A DNA stretch of 64,000 nucleotides, taken from Balanoglossus misakiensis (Eukaryota; Animalia; Hemichordata). Below are positions 48,082 through 62,490 of the stretch, one piece after another (position 1 is the stretch's first letter; every line of letters starts with the position of its first letter). The stretch is from assembly GCA_040954595.2 (NCBI GenBank), contig CM082584.2:3972110-4036109 (forward strand), written 5' to 3'. The position numbers and the translations under genes are program-made. The notes beneath the pieces were generated by a model. The model searched no databases. It was not told where the DNA came from and was given only the letters and a program-made list of their open reading frames with translations.

Positions 48082-51000
48082 ATGAGTGAGCAATTACCTG
48101 GTACGAGCAGAACTGGGTGTTTTCCAAGGACAAGAATCCACCAACCAGGCAACAACACTGATATGACGACTTTATCAGAGACATCAGACAATAATGTTTT
48201 ACCAGATATGTCTGAAACGGATATTGAAAACAGAAGTCAACGTCAAACTTTTAACAATGATGAGGAAGGCTCTCAGGTACTGTATTTATATTTATATTGT
48301 CCTTCTTCAAACTCAGTGGTCTGCATTGTTTGTAAGTGTGTAGTTATTCCACAGGGAACTCAGTAATTTTGTTATTGTTATTGTTGTTGTTATTGTTGTT
48401 GTTGTTGTTGTTGTTGTTGTTAAGATTGGTAATAAAATTTAAAAAAAAATCAATGTGTCATTTCTTGCTATGTTTGTCGATGTTATAGATAACTGTAAAA
48501 AAAAAACCCAACCATAATCGTGGAAAACACGACCTAGGTCGCCGAATGTCACTACCGTCTTACATACAGGCAAGGGTGGAATCCACATGCCCTGGATCTA
48601 GGCTCATGGGCCACCTTCAAGGCCCTGAAAAATCACCCCATTCACCAGCGAGCGATTAAATTATGCCACCATAGGCATTGAAATTTATCTCACTGACCTA
48701 ATTTGGGCTTCACTTCATCTATCGACCTGCAAACGAGTGGAAAAACGGCGATTTCCAAGTCGTACCCAGTCAAATTCAATCACATTTGAATCACGCGCCC
48801 GATGGTGATGGCTCCGTTTTCTCTGCCTATTTAAATTGACCAATCGGGCGCCCTGTAAAGGCTGCCTCGGCCACCGCTCAACTCGTACGAGTACGTGTAA
48901 CTGCGTTCAAAATAACGCGAAAAAAAGGAGGCGAAACCTTAAGAGTCATACAGATAAATGGATACTTCCCAACTTTGTCATAAAATCTACCATTTTACGT
49001 CTTGAATACAGTGCAGTCGATAGTCAGAACGTACACTTCCGGGTGTTGCTCGTACGAGTTGAGCGGTGGCCGAGGCAGCCTTTACAGGGCGCCCGATTGG
49101 TCAATTTAAATAGGCAGAGAAAACGGAGCCATCACCATCGGGCGCGTGATTCAAATGTGATTGAATTTGACTGGGTACGACTTGGAAATCGCCGTTTTTC
49201 CACTCGTTTGCAGGTCGATAGATGAAGTGAAGCCCAAATTAGGTCAGTGAGATAAATTTCAATGCCTATGGTGGCATAATTTAATCGCTCGCTGGTGAAT
49301 GGGGTGATTTTTCAGGGCCTTGAAGGTGGCCCATGAGCCTAGATCCAGGGCATGTGGATTCCACCCTTGCCTGTATGTAAGACGGTAGTGACATTCGGCG
49401 ACCTAGGTCGTGTTTTCCACGATTATGGTTGGGTTTTTTTTTTACAGTTATCTACAACATCGACAAACATAGCAAGAAATGACACATTGTTTTTTTTTTA
49501 AATTTTATTACCAATCTTAACAACAACAACAACAACAACAACAATAACAATAACAAAATTACTGAGTTCCCTGTGGTTATTCAAGCACATGGGTGATGCA
49601 ATTTAAGTTCATTATCAGGCTGCATCGAAAATAAATTTGAAAACTATTTGGTGTTTTATGGGTTTTAGTCCACGTAGATTAGGTAATTCAAGAACGGATT
49701 GAGTAGGTCAAGTTAGATTCGTAACGTTTTTCACTCTGAAAATATCTGTGTCCCTCCAGAAACTGAACTGTTAAGTATATAAATGACATCAACACCATTT
49801 GGTAGTTTGTACTACTGTACTATAGAAAGTAGGGACTGTCGCTATGGCTGTTTTGGATCATTCGGTCCATTTCTGTTGAGATTACAGATTCATTATATGC
49901 AACTGTTGAGGGCGCTGTTTTCATCAGTATTTCTTGTGCTCACGATGCTGAAGTTAGTCTCGGTTTCGGATTCGGATTCGGTTTCGGATTCGGGTTCGAG
50001 AGACTGAAAGTAGTTAAGCATTTTCGAGCGACCATCGCGGTTTGGCATCTGCATTACGAGTATGAAATAACTCTGTAAAAATATGAATATATTTGATCAA
50101 ACTCTCTCGACATTATACGTATGACATTTTTGGCACCAAAACACTGTTTTTTCACATCGGAAATTGTTAAATACATATTTTATTATCGAAAAACATACTT
50201 CAATGATAGAAAGATAATATTTTGTAATATTCGGTTTGAATAAACATTTTTGGGTGAGAAAAATGTCATACATAATAAGTGCAGATTAAATCAAATTTAT
50301 TCGTGTTTTAGTAAATTAATTTTCATCCTCGTACTGCAGATGCTGAACCGCGATGGTTGCCCGAAAATGCTAAACTACATTCAGTCCCTCCAACCCGAAT
50401 CCGAAACCGAATCCGAAACTGAATCCGAAACCGAATCCGAGTCTTACTTCAGTATCGTCTTGTGCTCCCTGTTTAGATATCTAGACGTACATAGGCTCCT
50501 CTCTGAAACCTTAGTTTCAGGGAGGAACCAACATCTAGGTACAAGACTTGCAACCTCTTGGCCCCTTTGAATGTAGATTAACAAACAATGAAATCTGCCG
50601 CATGGACTATCCCCTTCCATAAACGGGTGGGGCATTTATGAATTCTGGGCTTGATCTTGAAGGTGACTAAGGGGTCAAAATGAAGCAATTGCCCCATCAA
50701 CTCGGGCTTATAATTCCTTGGCAAACCCCTCCCCCCCCCCCCCACATTTGTCCTGTATCGCCCGAAGTGGGCTCCCTTGGGGATAAGATTACATCGACTG
50801 CTGCATCAGAGGTCCAGTGTTCTCCCCAGGAATTTCTGACAGAGTGGTGGCTAATTTACATAACAATATTGATAATTGTTATGTTAAAGAGTTTCTATTG
50901 TTTTCCAAAAATTACAGAGTGTTGGCCGTGCTCTGAAATTGCTCTGGGGAGAACACTACAAGGGGGTCATATTGCATTGTCTGATTGCTAATGTCACCAT

Positions 51001-54000
51001 ACATGTCTGAATTTAATCAAGCAAGAACTATTATCTGTTAGTCTTGAAAATTTGTTATTCTGCATTTTCATAGATCATTATGAGTGTGATATGGGGTGGA
51101 GGTAAAGTTGGACTGGCTTATTATGACACTGAGACATGCCATATTCATCTGATGATGGACATTGCAGAATCTGATGATTTTCCAATGACTAGAAGTGGTA
51201 AGATTCATTCATTATACATTCATTTAGCTAGCGCCATTAGCTGTATCTTTTCGCTATGTTTTCAGCAGTTTTGTTTTGCGTACCTACTGCAGTTTCTTGT
51301 TCAAATTCCGGAAACACGATGAAATACCCAGTATTTTAGCTTATCAACACAACATATATATGTATAGTCAGCATTGTTTTTGTGCAAAATTTGAATTCAA
51401 GTCCGGACAAGAATTCATTTGTCAATAATAACAATGGCCTTTATACACATACAGGCTATGTTGACAAGCTGGGTACCAAGTATATAAGCATGCTATTTGG
51501 ACTAGAACAAGAAATTGCATTTGGTATACAGAACAAAAATACTGAAAATAAAGCTGAAAAGTTACAGCTATAAATGTTCCTTAAATATTCTGTGGAAATG
51601 TGCTAGTGTTAAGAAGGGAGGGGCCATTTAGGTTTGTTTTTGATTTGTTTGTTGTTGTTGTTGTTTTTTGGGGGGAGAGGAAAACTCTTTATATGTCTCA
51701 CTGAGAATACGTGACAGAAAAAAGCACCCACTACCCTAAAAATATAATGGGACCCCCACCCCCCTGAAAATATAAAAATAATAGTGACACCTCCAGGTGG
51801 AATTTTCTAGATTGTCAAGTTTAATACAAATTGTGTTGACAATATTATCAGCAGAAAAGTTAAAAAAGCTTGTAAAGGGTAAAGTGTTACTGCTATAATA
51901 CATTGGTTGTTTACATGTATTTGCCATTTTGGTGGACTGTCGTTCACTACTCTCTCCTCTCCAGCAATTGTTGATTCTGTATTTTTCAAAATAATGTGTT
52001 CCGAAATTAGTTGGGAATGCATTCCAACCGAGCTTACTTGCAACATGATGATAGCATTTGATTCTGTTGCCAGAGAGCATTCTTGGATACATATCCTAAT
52101 TGTATTTGAAAAGGAAATGTCAGATTATTGTATGACAGAAATTGTTAAATTTAAACGTCAAATCTGAAACTGCCATCCACTTTCCTCTGACAGACCAACT
52201 ATAACAATATGATTGTCACAACATGTTTATGGCGTTTGATGTTGTCTTTCTAGTCGGCCAGCCTTAAAGGAGACATCCTTTGATTCTTAAAGGGGCAATT
52301 TTCAATCCCTGGCTCTTGTTGATATTGATTGAATGTTTATGTGGTGCAAAGCTGTTGTTTTCCATTGAAATCTCTATCAATCTATTTGCTTAAATTAGCT
52401 AAAGCTGACAAAGAAGGTTCCCCTTTAAAATGAGTCTTCGGAAATAACAAGTTCAGAGATTTCTAACACAGAATTTTTTTTTTTGTCAGTTTCAAAGCAA
52501 ATCATCCCAACATGTGTTATTACAAGCAGCAAACAAGATGAAAGAATGTTACATTGTCTGTCTGAAGAAGGTATGAACAAATCTTGATATTAATTGTTTG
52601 TGACATTAACTTTATGCTGAATATGCCCATAGTGGTTGAATTTGCCCTCTAGGGCTTCATAAACTACAATGTAGTAGTAAATGCATTCTTATTAAAAGGA
52701 AAAAAAATCACCAAGGTGCTTTTTCACATGATATGGCAGGGACCTCACACCAGGCTGTACATATGAACAATTCATAGTCATATATGATGCTAAATTGTGG
52801 TGATCAAAACACTTTACTTGTGATGTTTGTGCTCCCATCTCATGTCTGCCCTTTTATATTGATAACATTGAATTTCATTTTACAGTGACTGCTCTTCAAG
52901 AATCAACTTGTAACTCTGTCGATCTGCAAATCTTGCCAAATATTGATTTCTGTGAGTATACCGTGATTAGAACCCCTAATTTACCTAATATAAGCAGTGT
53001 TAGGGATGTACGCGCAGAACATAAACCGGAAACTGCGAGCACTCGTCTTTTTCCCATAGGATTACATTGATAAACAAACTTCTACTATTGTCATTTTCAC
53101 GAAATTTCACACAAAGCTCAGTCCAGAAAATATAAATTCATTGGTCAAAAAAATATAGGGGTCACTGCACTCTAGTTTGAGATAAATTGCGTTAAAAACT
53201 TTGCCCATAGACAAACCATTGGTGTAAAATGCTGAGTCAGCAATTTTCTTCTATTATCGACTATATTCATGGCTCTGTATTTCAAAAACAAGCACGGTGA
53301 CTCCTATATTTTATTACGGATTTTCATTATACATACAAAGGAGAATCCAAAAATCCACAATTAAAAAAAATGACAATACTTTCAATTTTACTGAACGTAC
53401 ATCCTTAATGTAAACTTTAAGAACTTCATGAAGAAATTATATAAGGACTCCAAAACATGAATCATGGCAACAATGGTCTATCATTTATGTAGTGGAATAG
53501 ATAATATAATTGTTTTAAAATATTTTTGGTGTATAAAGTCATTCAGATATCTGTATGTGTTGTTGCATTACTGCAAACTTTAGAGGCCGAAAATAACTGC
53601 AAAGACGCATCCCCCATTGTTATGCGTTTCTGTGAAATATTAATGTCTCATTTTGTTTTCATCAAAGCCTTGGAAGCTAGCAAGAGGAGAATCATGAATT
53701 TAAATCTCTCCTGCGTCCCGGATCACTATACTGAAGATCAAAGACTTATTTATATGTCTTCATTAGTGCCATTCGAACAAATCAACATGGTAAGGTGGTT
53801 GGTGAAATAGTCATTGATATACCGGTATAAAAGAGCAATGTTTTCATACACAGTTTTTTATACTGAGCAAAATCCAACTAGGACCTAGTCATAACTAAAA
53901 TAATCCTTACTGGTGAATATATTTGGTCCATGTCCACCTTTAGTTGAAGTCAGTGCCTTTATATCACCAAAGTCAAAGATAAACTTTGTATGATGACAAT

Positions 54001-55254
54001 GTATTCACTCAAAGTGAAAGTTCAGAGGGACCTATATTGAAATTGCAAAAGTATGGTAAAACATGCACAAATAGTTGTCCAACACGCAAACAAATTGATT
54101 GTGGATGTAACTTTATTTCATTATACACTGATTTCTAGTGTAGTGTTCAGGACAGTAGATGTATAATAATCATGTATACTGGTGGTAGTAAACAAAAGTT
54201 AGATGTCTGTAGGATCAGAATTTTCCAGCATTAATGGAAGTCATGTGTTATAGACTTTTCACATTGTATTCATGTTTCAGGTGCGTGCAGCCGGTGGTTT
54301 GCTGAAATATTTGGATAAGAACAGAATTGGAGTGGAACTTGAAGATCAACGTGTCAGAGTTCCAGTAATTGGTCTTCAAGTATTCACTTTGTAAGTAGAC
54401 TTTAGTGATTTTTTTGCTGCTGTTATTGAAACAAAACATGTAGTGTCTAAAAGGGGCAAAGTTGCTCTCTTTTGATCTTTTTATGCTCCCATGTCATACT
54501 TGGGGAGCAGGGGTTGGGGAGGGGGTATGTACATGTATATGGCTGGGAGGATATTTGTATTAGCCTGTCTGTATTATGTAAGCTTAGGGGAGATCCATTT
54601 GATTTCAGGGGGGGGATTTGGATTTTATATAGTATAGTTTTCATGGTTTAGTATAATATAGCATGGTACAGTACTCTCGCATCTAATACCGGTACACTAC
54701 ATATTACACTACATAGAATAAAAAAGGCATCTAACTCTGAGATTCTTATGATCCTTTATTTAAAAAACCTTGTTTATAATATATGCTGCAATATTTCCCA
54801 ATGCTAACATGGTCACAATCACCTACTTTCATTGGAGCTAAAAGAGCCTTCCCTTTGACTCTAAATGTTGTGAAGTGCAGCTTTGTTTGATATGAAAAGT
54901 TGTCTGTATTGTTTGACTTCTTGAGACATGCTTAAATACTGGTCAACTGTTAAAAAAACTGTTACAAACTCCACTCTGCCTGTAGACAGACTAGATTAAA
55001 CTTAATTTCAAACACATGGCCATAACTTGATCATTGATCATGTGTGTTTTTTGGTATTTTTTTTTCCATACTTCATGTTGTTGTTGTTGTTTTTAATCTA
55101 GTGATTGAGATTTTTTATGTTGAATCTTTCAGGAACAAGATGTTAATGGTTGACCACAATACTTACAATGCCTTGCAGATCTTTCAGAAGGAACTTCATC
55201 CATCCATTTATAAATTTGGCAGCAGTGGTTCAAAGGAAGGTTTGAGTTTATATG
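48082..55254 (+). CDS. MSH5: MutS homolog 5, copy 2, coding exons 1-7; intron 7 runs off the window end
   Basis: Exons 48082-48276, 51074-51197, 52490-52570, 52886-52951, 53668-53789, 54281-54390, 55133-55254 have the same lengths and splice sites as copy 1, an open frame, and only a few substitutions (e.g. WGAG/WGGG, EDQSV/EDQRV). Confidence 0.93.
48350..49575. mobile_element. 1.2-kb foldback element with ~530-540-bp inverted arms in MSH5 copy 2 intron 1
   Basis: Arms 48350-48891 and 49049-49575; TSD GTTATTC (7 bp; 5-bp TTATT if the ends are drawn one base wider); empty site in copy 1 (~1919-1925). Confidence 0.92.
49942..50458. mobile_element. Mutator-like MITE with subterminal GAATCC/GAAACC hexamer arrays
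   Basis: TIR ACGATGCTGAAGT / ACTTCAGTATCGT; 9-bp TSD CTTGTGCTC; empty site in copy 1 (~2285-2293). Confidence 0.88.
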
Positions 55255-57589
55255 GTAAGTTATTGTGTGCATGTATTATCATTTCATTCGTCAGTCAGTC
55301 TCATTATATTGAACACCTATTGCCTGGCCATGAGGGCCATAGCAGCCGTTTATTACCCCCAAGGGGCTGTGAGTTACCAGAATCACATGCTATTTCCAGA
55401 GACCGTATATTTTTTTCTGCTATTTCCCTAGGGATTCATTCTATTTCCATATCATGTAACGTTTTCTGGCGAATCACGTCACAGTATTAGCATGAGGTAT
55501 ATAATAAAATCCAATATGGTTGTCAAGGGGCTAATTCATGATCAATTTTCTATGTCTGGAGTGATTACTAAGATATGCCTTTGGGACCGTCTCAGATTGA
55601 CACATAAGCTCAACAAACGAAATAACTATGTTTCATGTCAATTCGTTTAGTGAACTTCACTTTCACACTTGTTTAGATGACCAAAAACTTCCGTTTATGT
55701 TTTTATTAAAGCAAAAACTAGTGGTGTACCAAAGAATCTACCTATATCCTGCCTCTCACTTTGGATGTTCTCTGTTAATTATTCGATTTGATCAATTTAC
55801 TGTGATTTTCTAACTGTACGTACATGTGATCAGAGGCAAATGTTATTCAAAATCTATAGCCATTCTTCAACATTGTAGTTTATTTTGGGCATCAACACTT
55901 AATTTTTCACACTTTTGAACTTTTGTTTAAGGGGAGGGGGTTTGGATCCAAACGAATACATTTTGTTCGTTGAGCTTAGGTGACAATCTGAAACGGTCCC
56001 TTAGAGATCATTGGCCTTTTGATAAACATTGTGCAATTACATACATTTTTGTGTCGTGTCTATTTTACTATCCAAAATATTGTAATGAAACAAAGACCAC
56101 ATAATTATAAACAAGATGGATGCCTCCAATGTCCATACGCCAATGAGAGCCATGTTTACAAAAGCCCCTGTCTGACCCTTTCCCTTTAGCGTAGCGCAGC
56201 TAGCGGTGGGAATGGGGCAGGGGACCAGACTACACCACCACCAACGACAAACAATCTGTTTGCTTTCGTTGTGTCACTGTTTCATGACATTGTAATAGAC
56301 TCGTTCAGTCGCAGGTGCACACATTATCCACACTCAGTAAAGAATATATGCATGGCAAACGGGAGGGGGGGGGATATTATGGGCGTGTCCCTGCCCAATT
56401 TTCCCTTAATATGGACGTTCCACACATAGTGCCATGAAGCGTTTAGGGACTATGGACAGACTGTCCAAAATGTAGAACACGTCCTGCACGCGTGTGACCA
56501 ACAGATCGTATTGTCTGTGACCTACTTTACACTATTAAATGTATACTTTGAACCTTGTTGCACAAAACGTGTTACGCATGCGCTGACTGCATTACCAAGG
56601 CTGTAGCGAATGCTTCTCCGGATCTGGTACCTGATCGAACAAGGCATCATTTGCCAACTAAGGTAAGGTTTCCTAAGTTGTTCATACGTCGCTTATTTTG
56701 GATGATGGTAGGAAACAATGATGATATCTTTGTGGTCCGTACAACCTTGAAAATCGCCTCATTTAAGCGAAAGATCTCTACAATACGTTCCGACTGAAAC
56801 AAAATTTAACAAAAACACTTCCTGGTTCAGTAAACTTACAACCCAACACTCTAAATGGTTGTATTGTTTTTACAAGGTGAATCGCATTCCACTAAATACG
56901 GACTATCACAAAACGACCTCGACAATTTGATCAGCGACATCATTGTGCAATCAATTTGAAATAATCATATCAAATCAAGAGTAAATACAATTATTGTTTC
57001 CGTCCTCATGCCCGTAGATTTTTGAGGTGTTATACATGAAAACAGTGTACATGGATATAGGCCATCCCTGCCTAGCATTTTGACCACACAACTTTGACCA
57101 CAAACATTACATGATTCGCCCAAATCACGATATGTCATGAAATATGAAAGTGAAAGGGCAGTATGTTTACTATACAACTTTTATTTTTTGACTGGACACT
57201 TTTTTAAAGAGATTTGAATCTTGCATGGATTAAGTGTTGTGCATGCATTTTTTGTCAACCGTTTATCAACATACCTGTCACAAGTTCCAGAAAGAATCGA
57301 CTCCCTATAGCCTTAATACCAACGGAAACATTTGTACACACATTCCATAAAACTGACTTTACAGTAAAGAAAACAATTGTGTAATGGCTAAAGTTAAGTG
57401 ATGCTTATGATCTGTAGTCTTTTGACCACAAGAATAATAAAAATAATTTGTGTACCTCGAAGTTAAAATCCTGTCCTGCACTAATTTTATGCACTTGTTG
57501 TTGAATTTTGTGCATTCCTTGATCACCTGAAAAGTCTAAAATTTCACCTCAATATTTTCGTTCAATAGATCGTAAACCCTAAAGACAAG

Positions 57590-60500
57590 ATGGCCACCAC
57601 AAACCCCGGGAAATCGTTTTCACAGCAGTTAATGACCGACATTGATGAGAAGATCTTGATTTGTCCAATCTGTCAAGATCGGATGACGAGACCCAAAATT
57701 CTACAGTGCGTGCACACCTTCTGTGAGAAATGTCTCCAAAAATGGGTCAGACAGAGAGGAGGTACCCTCGAATGTCCGACGTGTCGCTTTGTCACTCCAC
57801 TTCCCGAAAAGGGGGTCGAAGGTCTCGGTAATAACCTATTCATCAACGATATTATCGACATCTTTGACAAGCTGCAACCAACTGCTCCAGATTCGGTGAC
57901 CTGTGACCTCTGTGACAAAAAAGCTGACAACTGGTGTAAAGAATGCGCTCAGTTCTTATGTGATGGATGTCGCCTTATTCATCTGAAAACAAGAACCATA
58001 AAACATCACAAAGTTTTTACGATGGAAGAGTATAACAACATGGCCGAGTCTGGTCGGGATCACCTGATTCGTCCACGATTCTGCGCAGTTCATCTGGACA
58101 ATCAGCTCAAGTTATTTTGCGACCACTGTCAGAAGACAGTTTGTATTGAGTGCGCAATAATCAGTCATAAAGGCACTGCGCACAACTTGGAATCGCTAGA
58201 AGATGCGTCGAAGAAATACACTCCCGAGATGCAAATCCTGGTCGACAAGTTAGCAACCAAAGTGTCTTCACTCCGCGAAACTCAACAAGAGACAGATAGA
58301 TTCATCGGAGAATACAACAAAAAGAAGAGCAAGGTGCAACAGCAGATCAGACAGAAAGCATCTGACGTCATCAAACGAGTCCACAAAGAAGAACAGCGAT
58401 TGCTGGATGAAGTGACGGCAATTGATGGAAAGATCATGAAGGAAGTGCAGGCAAAGGTCGAAAAACTGGAGTTTGATCTCGGCTGTGCCGAAAACATGAA
58501 TGTCTACTCGCGAAGTCTGCTGCAACACGGCAATGCAGCTGATATACTTTCCCAGAAGAAAGAACTGATGCAGAGATTGAATGAAATCATAAATGATCGT
58601 TCAACAGACCGATACGTCCCCCCACAAAACAGCCATCTTGTTTTTCAAGAGAACAACAAGTGCATGCAACTTTCTCTTGGAGAAGTAATCGACCAATCAG
58701 AATTGACACATGCTGCACGTGTCAGCCAATCAGTTGATCGACAGAGACTACAACAGCAACCTGAGGCAAGGACCAAGAAATCTGCGATTAAAAGAGAAAT
58801 GACCGACCAATCCGGGGTGTCAAGTATGTCACGTGTCAGCCAACCAACTGTCGAGAGGAAACAACAAAGACCTAAGACTCTGGCCCAGAAGACTTCTGCT
58901 CCTGGAGTTGTTACTGGTAATATGCCAAAGGGAACTATGGACGTCTGTGATGACTATGGCGAGTTGATTATTACATATAAGTTTGCAGATGGAATACAAG
59001 GAGTAAGTAGTACAATGAAAACGGTTTGAGCTGCACAGAAGGAATGTACTGACTATCGATTTGTTTATCAACATAGTCAAAAGAAAACACGCTTTTCGCA
59101 TTCAAGGTTAGACTTGCTCCAATGCAAGTCTATAGGCTTAAATTTCAGCAAAATTTGTTCCGATTTAATATAGCGTGTGTGGAGTGAACGCATTAAGTTG
59201 TGGCATCGCGATTGTGATGAACAGTAACCGAAACTCAGAACCGAAATTCAACCAAGGCAAACAAACGCATGAAGGGTAATGAGTAAAATTAAGAAACGAG
59301 GAACACCTGAATTAGTCAAGCGAATAGTGGGTTAGTCTAATTCAAGGTGAAGATGAAAAGCCGCGACTAGACCACAATGCATGCTTTAGTGATAAGAATG
59401 TATCACCCTAAACAATCTGTTATGAACTGTAACAATGAAAGAAAATCACTGGTCTGTACATTTCTTCTGTGCATCTCAAACACCTTTTTTACTGTTGTTG
59501 TTGTTGTATATGTTTGAAGTAATGGTTTGGCTAAATGCGTTGCATACCTTTGCAGTCCCGGCTTCTCTGTTTAAGTAAATTTTGAACTGTTCCTGGCTTG
59601 TCAATATCAATGTCAATATGGGGTATGATATAGAGGGCTGAAAAGTGGTCATGTTTAGTACCTAAGTCTTGCTGTTTCATTTACACACACGAACACTTAT
59701 CGGCTATTATATCGACTTAGTTAACTTCTTCGCAAATAACATTATTTATTCTTTTGTCAAACTTGGTATGCTAACAACAGAGATTTGTGTATCAATACAA
59801 ATTATTCACGCTACATGAATAAGTGTATCGGAAATGTTTCCTTAATGTCATCATAAACCTGAAAGTTGACAGAAAAAGACAGCCAGCCCATCTTGACTTG
59901 ATGGCCGAAATCGCACAGAAAACGCTACAATCCATGTGTGGCTACACTTCATTGTTAGTGATGTTTTCGACTGTCACAATTTGATGATCAAAATGAAAGG
60001 AAACAGTCACCTCCCAAAATTGAACCTTCATGATTTCACCTTTTGTGGAAGGAATCAGATCATAATTGATATGAATATTTATTCTCTGCAGAATCCAATA
60101 CTTATTCTTAAAAGTTCAGTTAATACACGCATCAAACACGAATGATAACTCAACGATTGGTGGGGAACTAACCAAAGCCACACGTCTTTCTCACTTTTCA
60201 AAATTTGAAATGTTGACGAGCGCAAGTTCTTTGTTTGAGAGATAAAAATCTGCCGAAGCGCCCTCAACGGCTGTACGTAAGTGTGTGTCTGCCAAGAGAG
60301 TAACAAACTCCGCGATCAAGGAAATATGGGTTTATATCTTTCAAATTATTCCCTCAGTAAATTTTCCGCCAGATTCCAGTGTGGTAAACAATTATTAATA
60401 TTTATTACACCTGATACGATATAAATCAGGACAACGTCATCCAATGCTTCACAAGACTTGAATTATTATTTTTATTTTATTATTTTGTTTATTTCATCAA

Positions 60501-62490
60501 CTCAAAAAAAACTAAATACATATAAATTTGAAAATAGTTTTTTTTTATAATTAAATTTTATTGTAGCATGACTAATAAATCATACGTTATTGTTATTACG
60601 GGCCCAAGCCAAGCCAGGCTTGGGCCCGTATTGGTTTCGTTGGGGTTTTTCTTTCTTTCTTTCTTTCTTTCTTTCTTTATTCTTGGTTCACTTCTTTCGC
60701 GCTCTAGATCTCAGACACCGCTGCAGGTACAGTTCTCAAACTTGCTACAGTGGTCAAGGTCAATGAGTAGATGTGCAGTGACTTGTGAATACTTAATTAG
60801 TCACGTGACATGGCGGCCATATTGGATTTTCTGAAAAAATGCAAATCTCAGATCTCAGAAACTACAAGTCAGATCGAGTTCAGATTTGGCGTGCTGGTAG
60901 TATACCCTCTGCCCATCATTTTTGTAATTGGATATTTTGCTGTCAATGTTGCAGTTTTTTTGCTACAGTTGTTTTTCTGAAATCTGGTCAAAATTTCAAA
61001 AATCTTCTTCTCCAGAACCGGCGATAACCGAGTCACGCCGTTTGGGGTATGTGGTCACCTAACTGATGTCTATCAAGTTTGCGAAGATCATTGTGATTGG
61101 TCGAAGATTATGGCGGCCATATTGGATTTTCGAAAAACCATAGTAAAACTTCAAAAATCTTCTTCTCCAGAACGGGCGATAACCGAGTCACAAGATTTGG
61201 TGTGTGTGGTCATTAAAGAGATGTCTATCAAGTTTGCGAAGGGGAATGTGATTGGTCGAAGATTATGGCGGCCATATTGGATTTTGTGAAAAACGATTAA
61301 AAAGTAAAAATTCCTTTTCTAGCCTAAAAATTGATAGCACAGAAATTCTTTTTATGGATATGAATCATCATATGACAAGAATAAGCTATAAATATTTTGG
61401 TAATTTTGGCAATGACCTTTGACCTACTTTTGACGCATCAATTTTCTGCATATCTAATTCCAGGCTAACCAGTAGGGCTATAAGTTTGGTTTTTGATGTA
61501 TGTGGATTTGTATGTGATCAAAAAATGTTGCTACTTTTCATGACCCCTTTGACCTCTGGTGACCTCATTAAATATGCACATACCTAATTACAGATGAACC
61601 AATAGACCTAGAGATTTTGTTTTGGTTATACATGGACCAGTATGGGGTCAAAATATTTTGCCCAAATGTTGGGTGACCTCGGGTGACCTTTGACCTACTT
61701 TGGCATATCTTGACATCCTCAGCAGATACAGCCTTGGAGTTTGGAGGTATGGGGCCATAATGAAAAGCCAAAGTTTTGGGTCACCTGTGACACCTGCTTA
61801 ACTCATTATTTATGTGCATACCTAATTCCGGGCTAACCAAAAGGGCTAGAGATCTGGTTTTTGTTGGACATGGACCACTATGGGTCAAAATATACTGCCC
61901 AAATAATTGGTGACCTCTGGGTGACCTTTGACCTACTTAACACTATGTCAACACCAAACCTAGATATAACCTTTATATTTCATGGGATAAAACACAGCAT
62001 TATGTTTCTACTCATTAATTATGTGCATATCTAATAATCAAATCAGATAATAGAGCTTGGGCCCGGACAATGCTGCTTGCAGCTTTAATTATTATTATTA
62101 TTACTATTTATTTTTCATTTCCAAACCCTTCATCTAATCAAGTATTTGTGTGGTTTAGAATGATGTTTATTGCTTTGAATCCTTTGTCAGAAATATTTAA
62201 AATTCATCATATAATTTTGGTAAAATCTGACACCATACTCTACAAATTTAAAGAGTAAGTGCCAAAACTCCCAAGTCACGTGATTTGATGCTGCTTTTGT
62301 TGCAGCCTGAACATCCAAACCCTGGACAGCCATACAGTGGTGGTTGGTTCGAAGGATACTTATGGGACGATGACGAGGGTCGTGAAGTGCTGCGGCTGTT
62401 GAGGATTGCATTTGATCGCCGACTGACTTTCACCATCAATGGGGAATCAAACAAAGTAGTCTGGAATGGCATAACACATGGATACTTTGG
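57590..62490 (+). CDS. TRIM-DTC fusion, copy 2 (exons 57590-59002 and 62306-62490; last exon beyond the window)
   Basis: Same domain order and splice sites as copy 1; frame open. Confidence 0.88.
60594..62090 (+). mobile_element. Helentron/DINE-like element related to 34144-35520, in the TRIM-DTC copy 2 intron
   Basis: Same GGGCCCAAGC sub-TIRs and GCTGCTTGCAGC hairpin; inserted in a (TTA)n run that is empty in copy 1 (~21585). Confidence 0.8.

Noticed and set aside
50250-50570. ORF with an ESETES repeat
   Set aside because: Translation of the hexamer array in a MITE's subterminal repeat.
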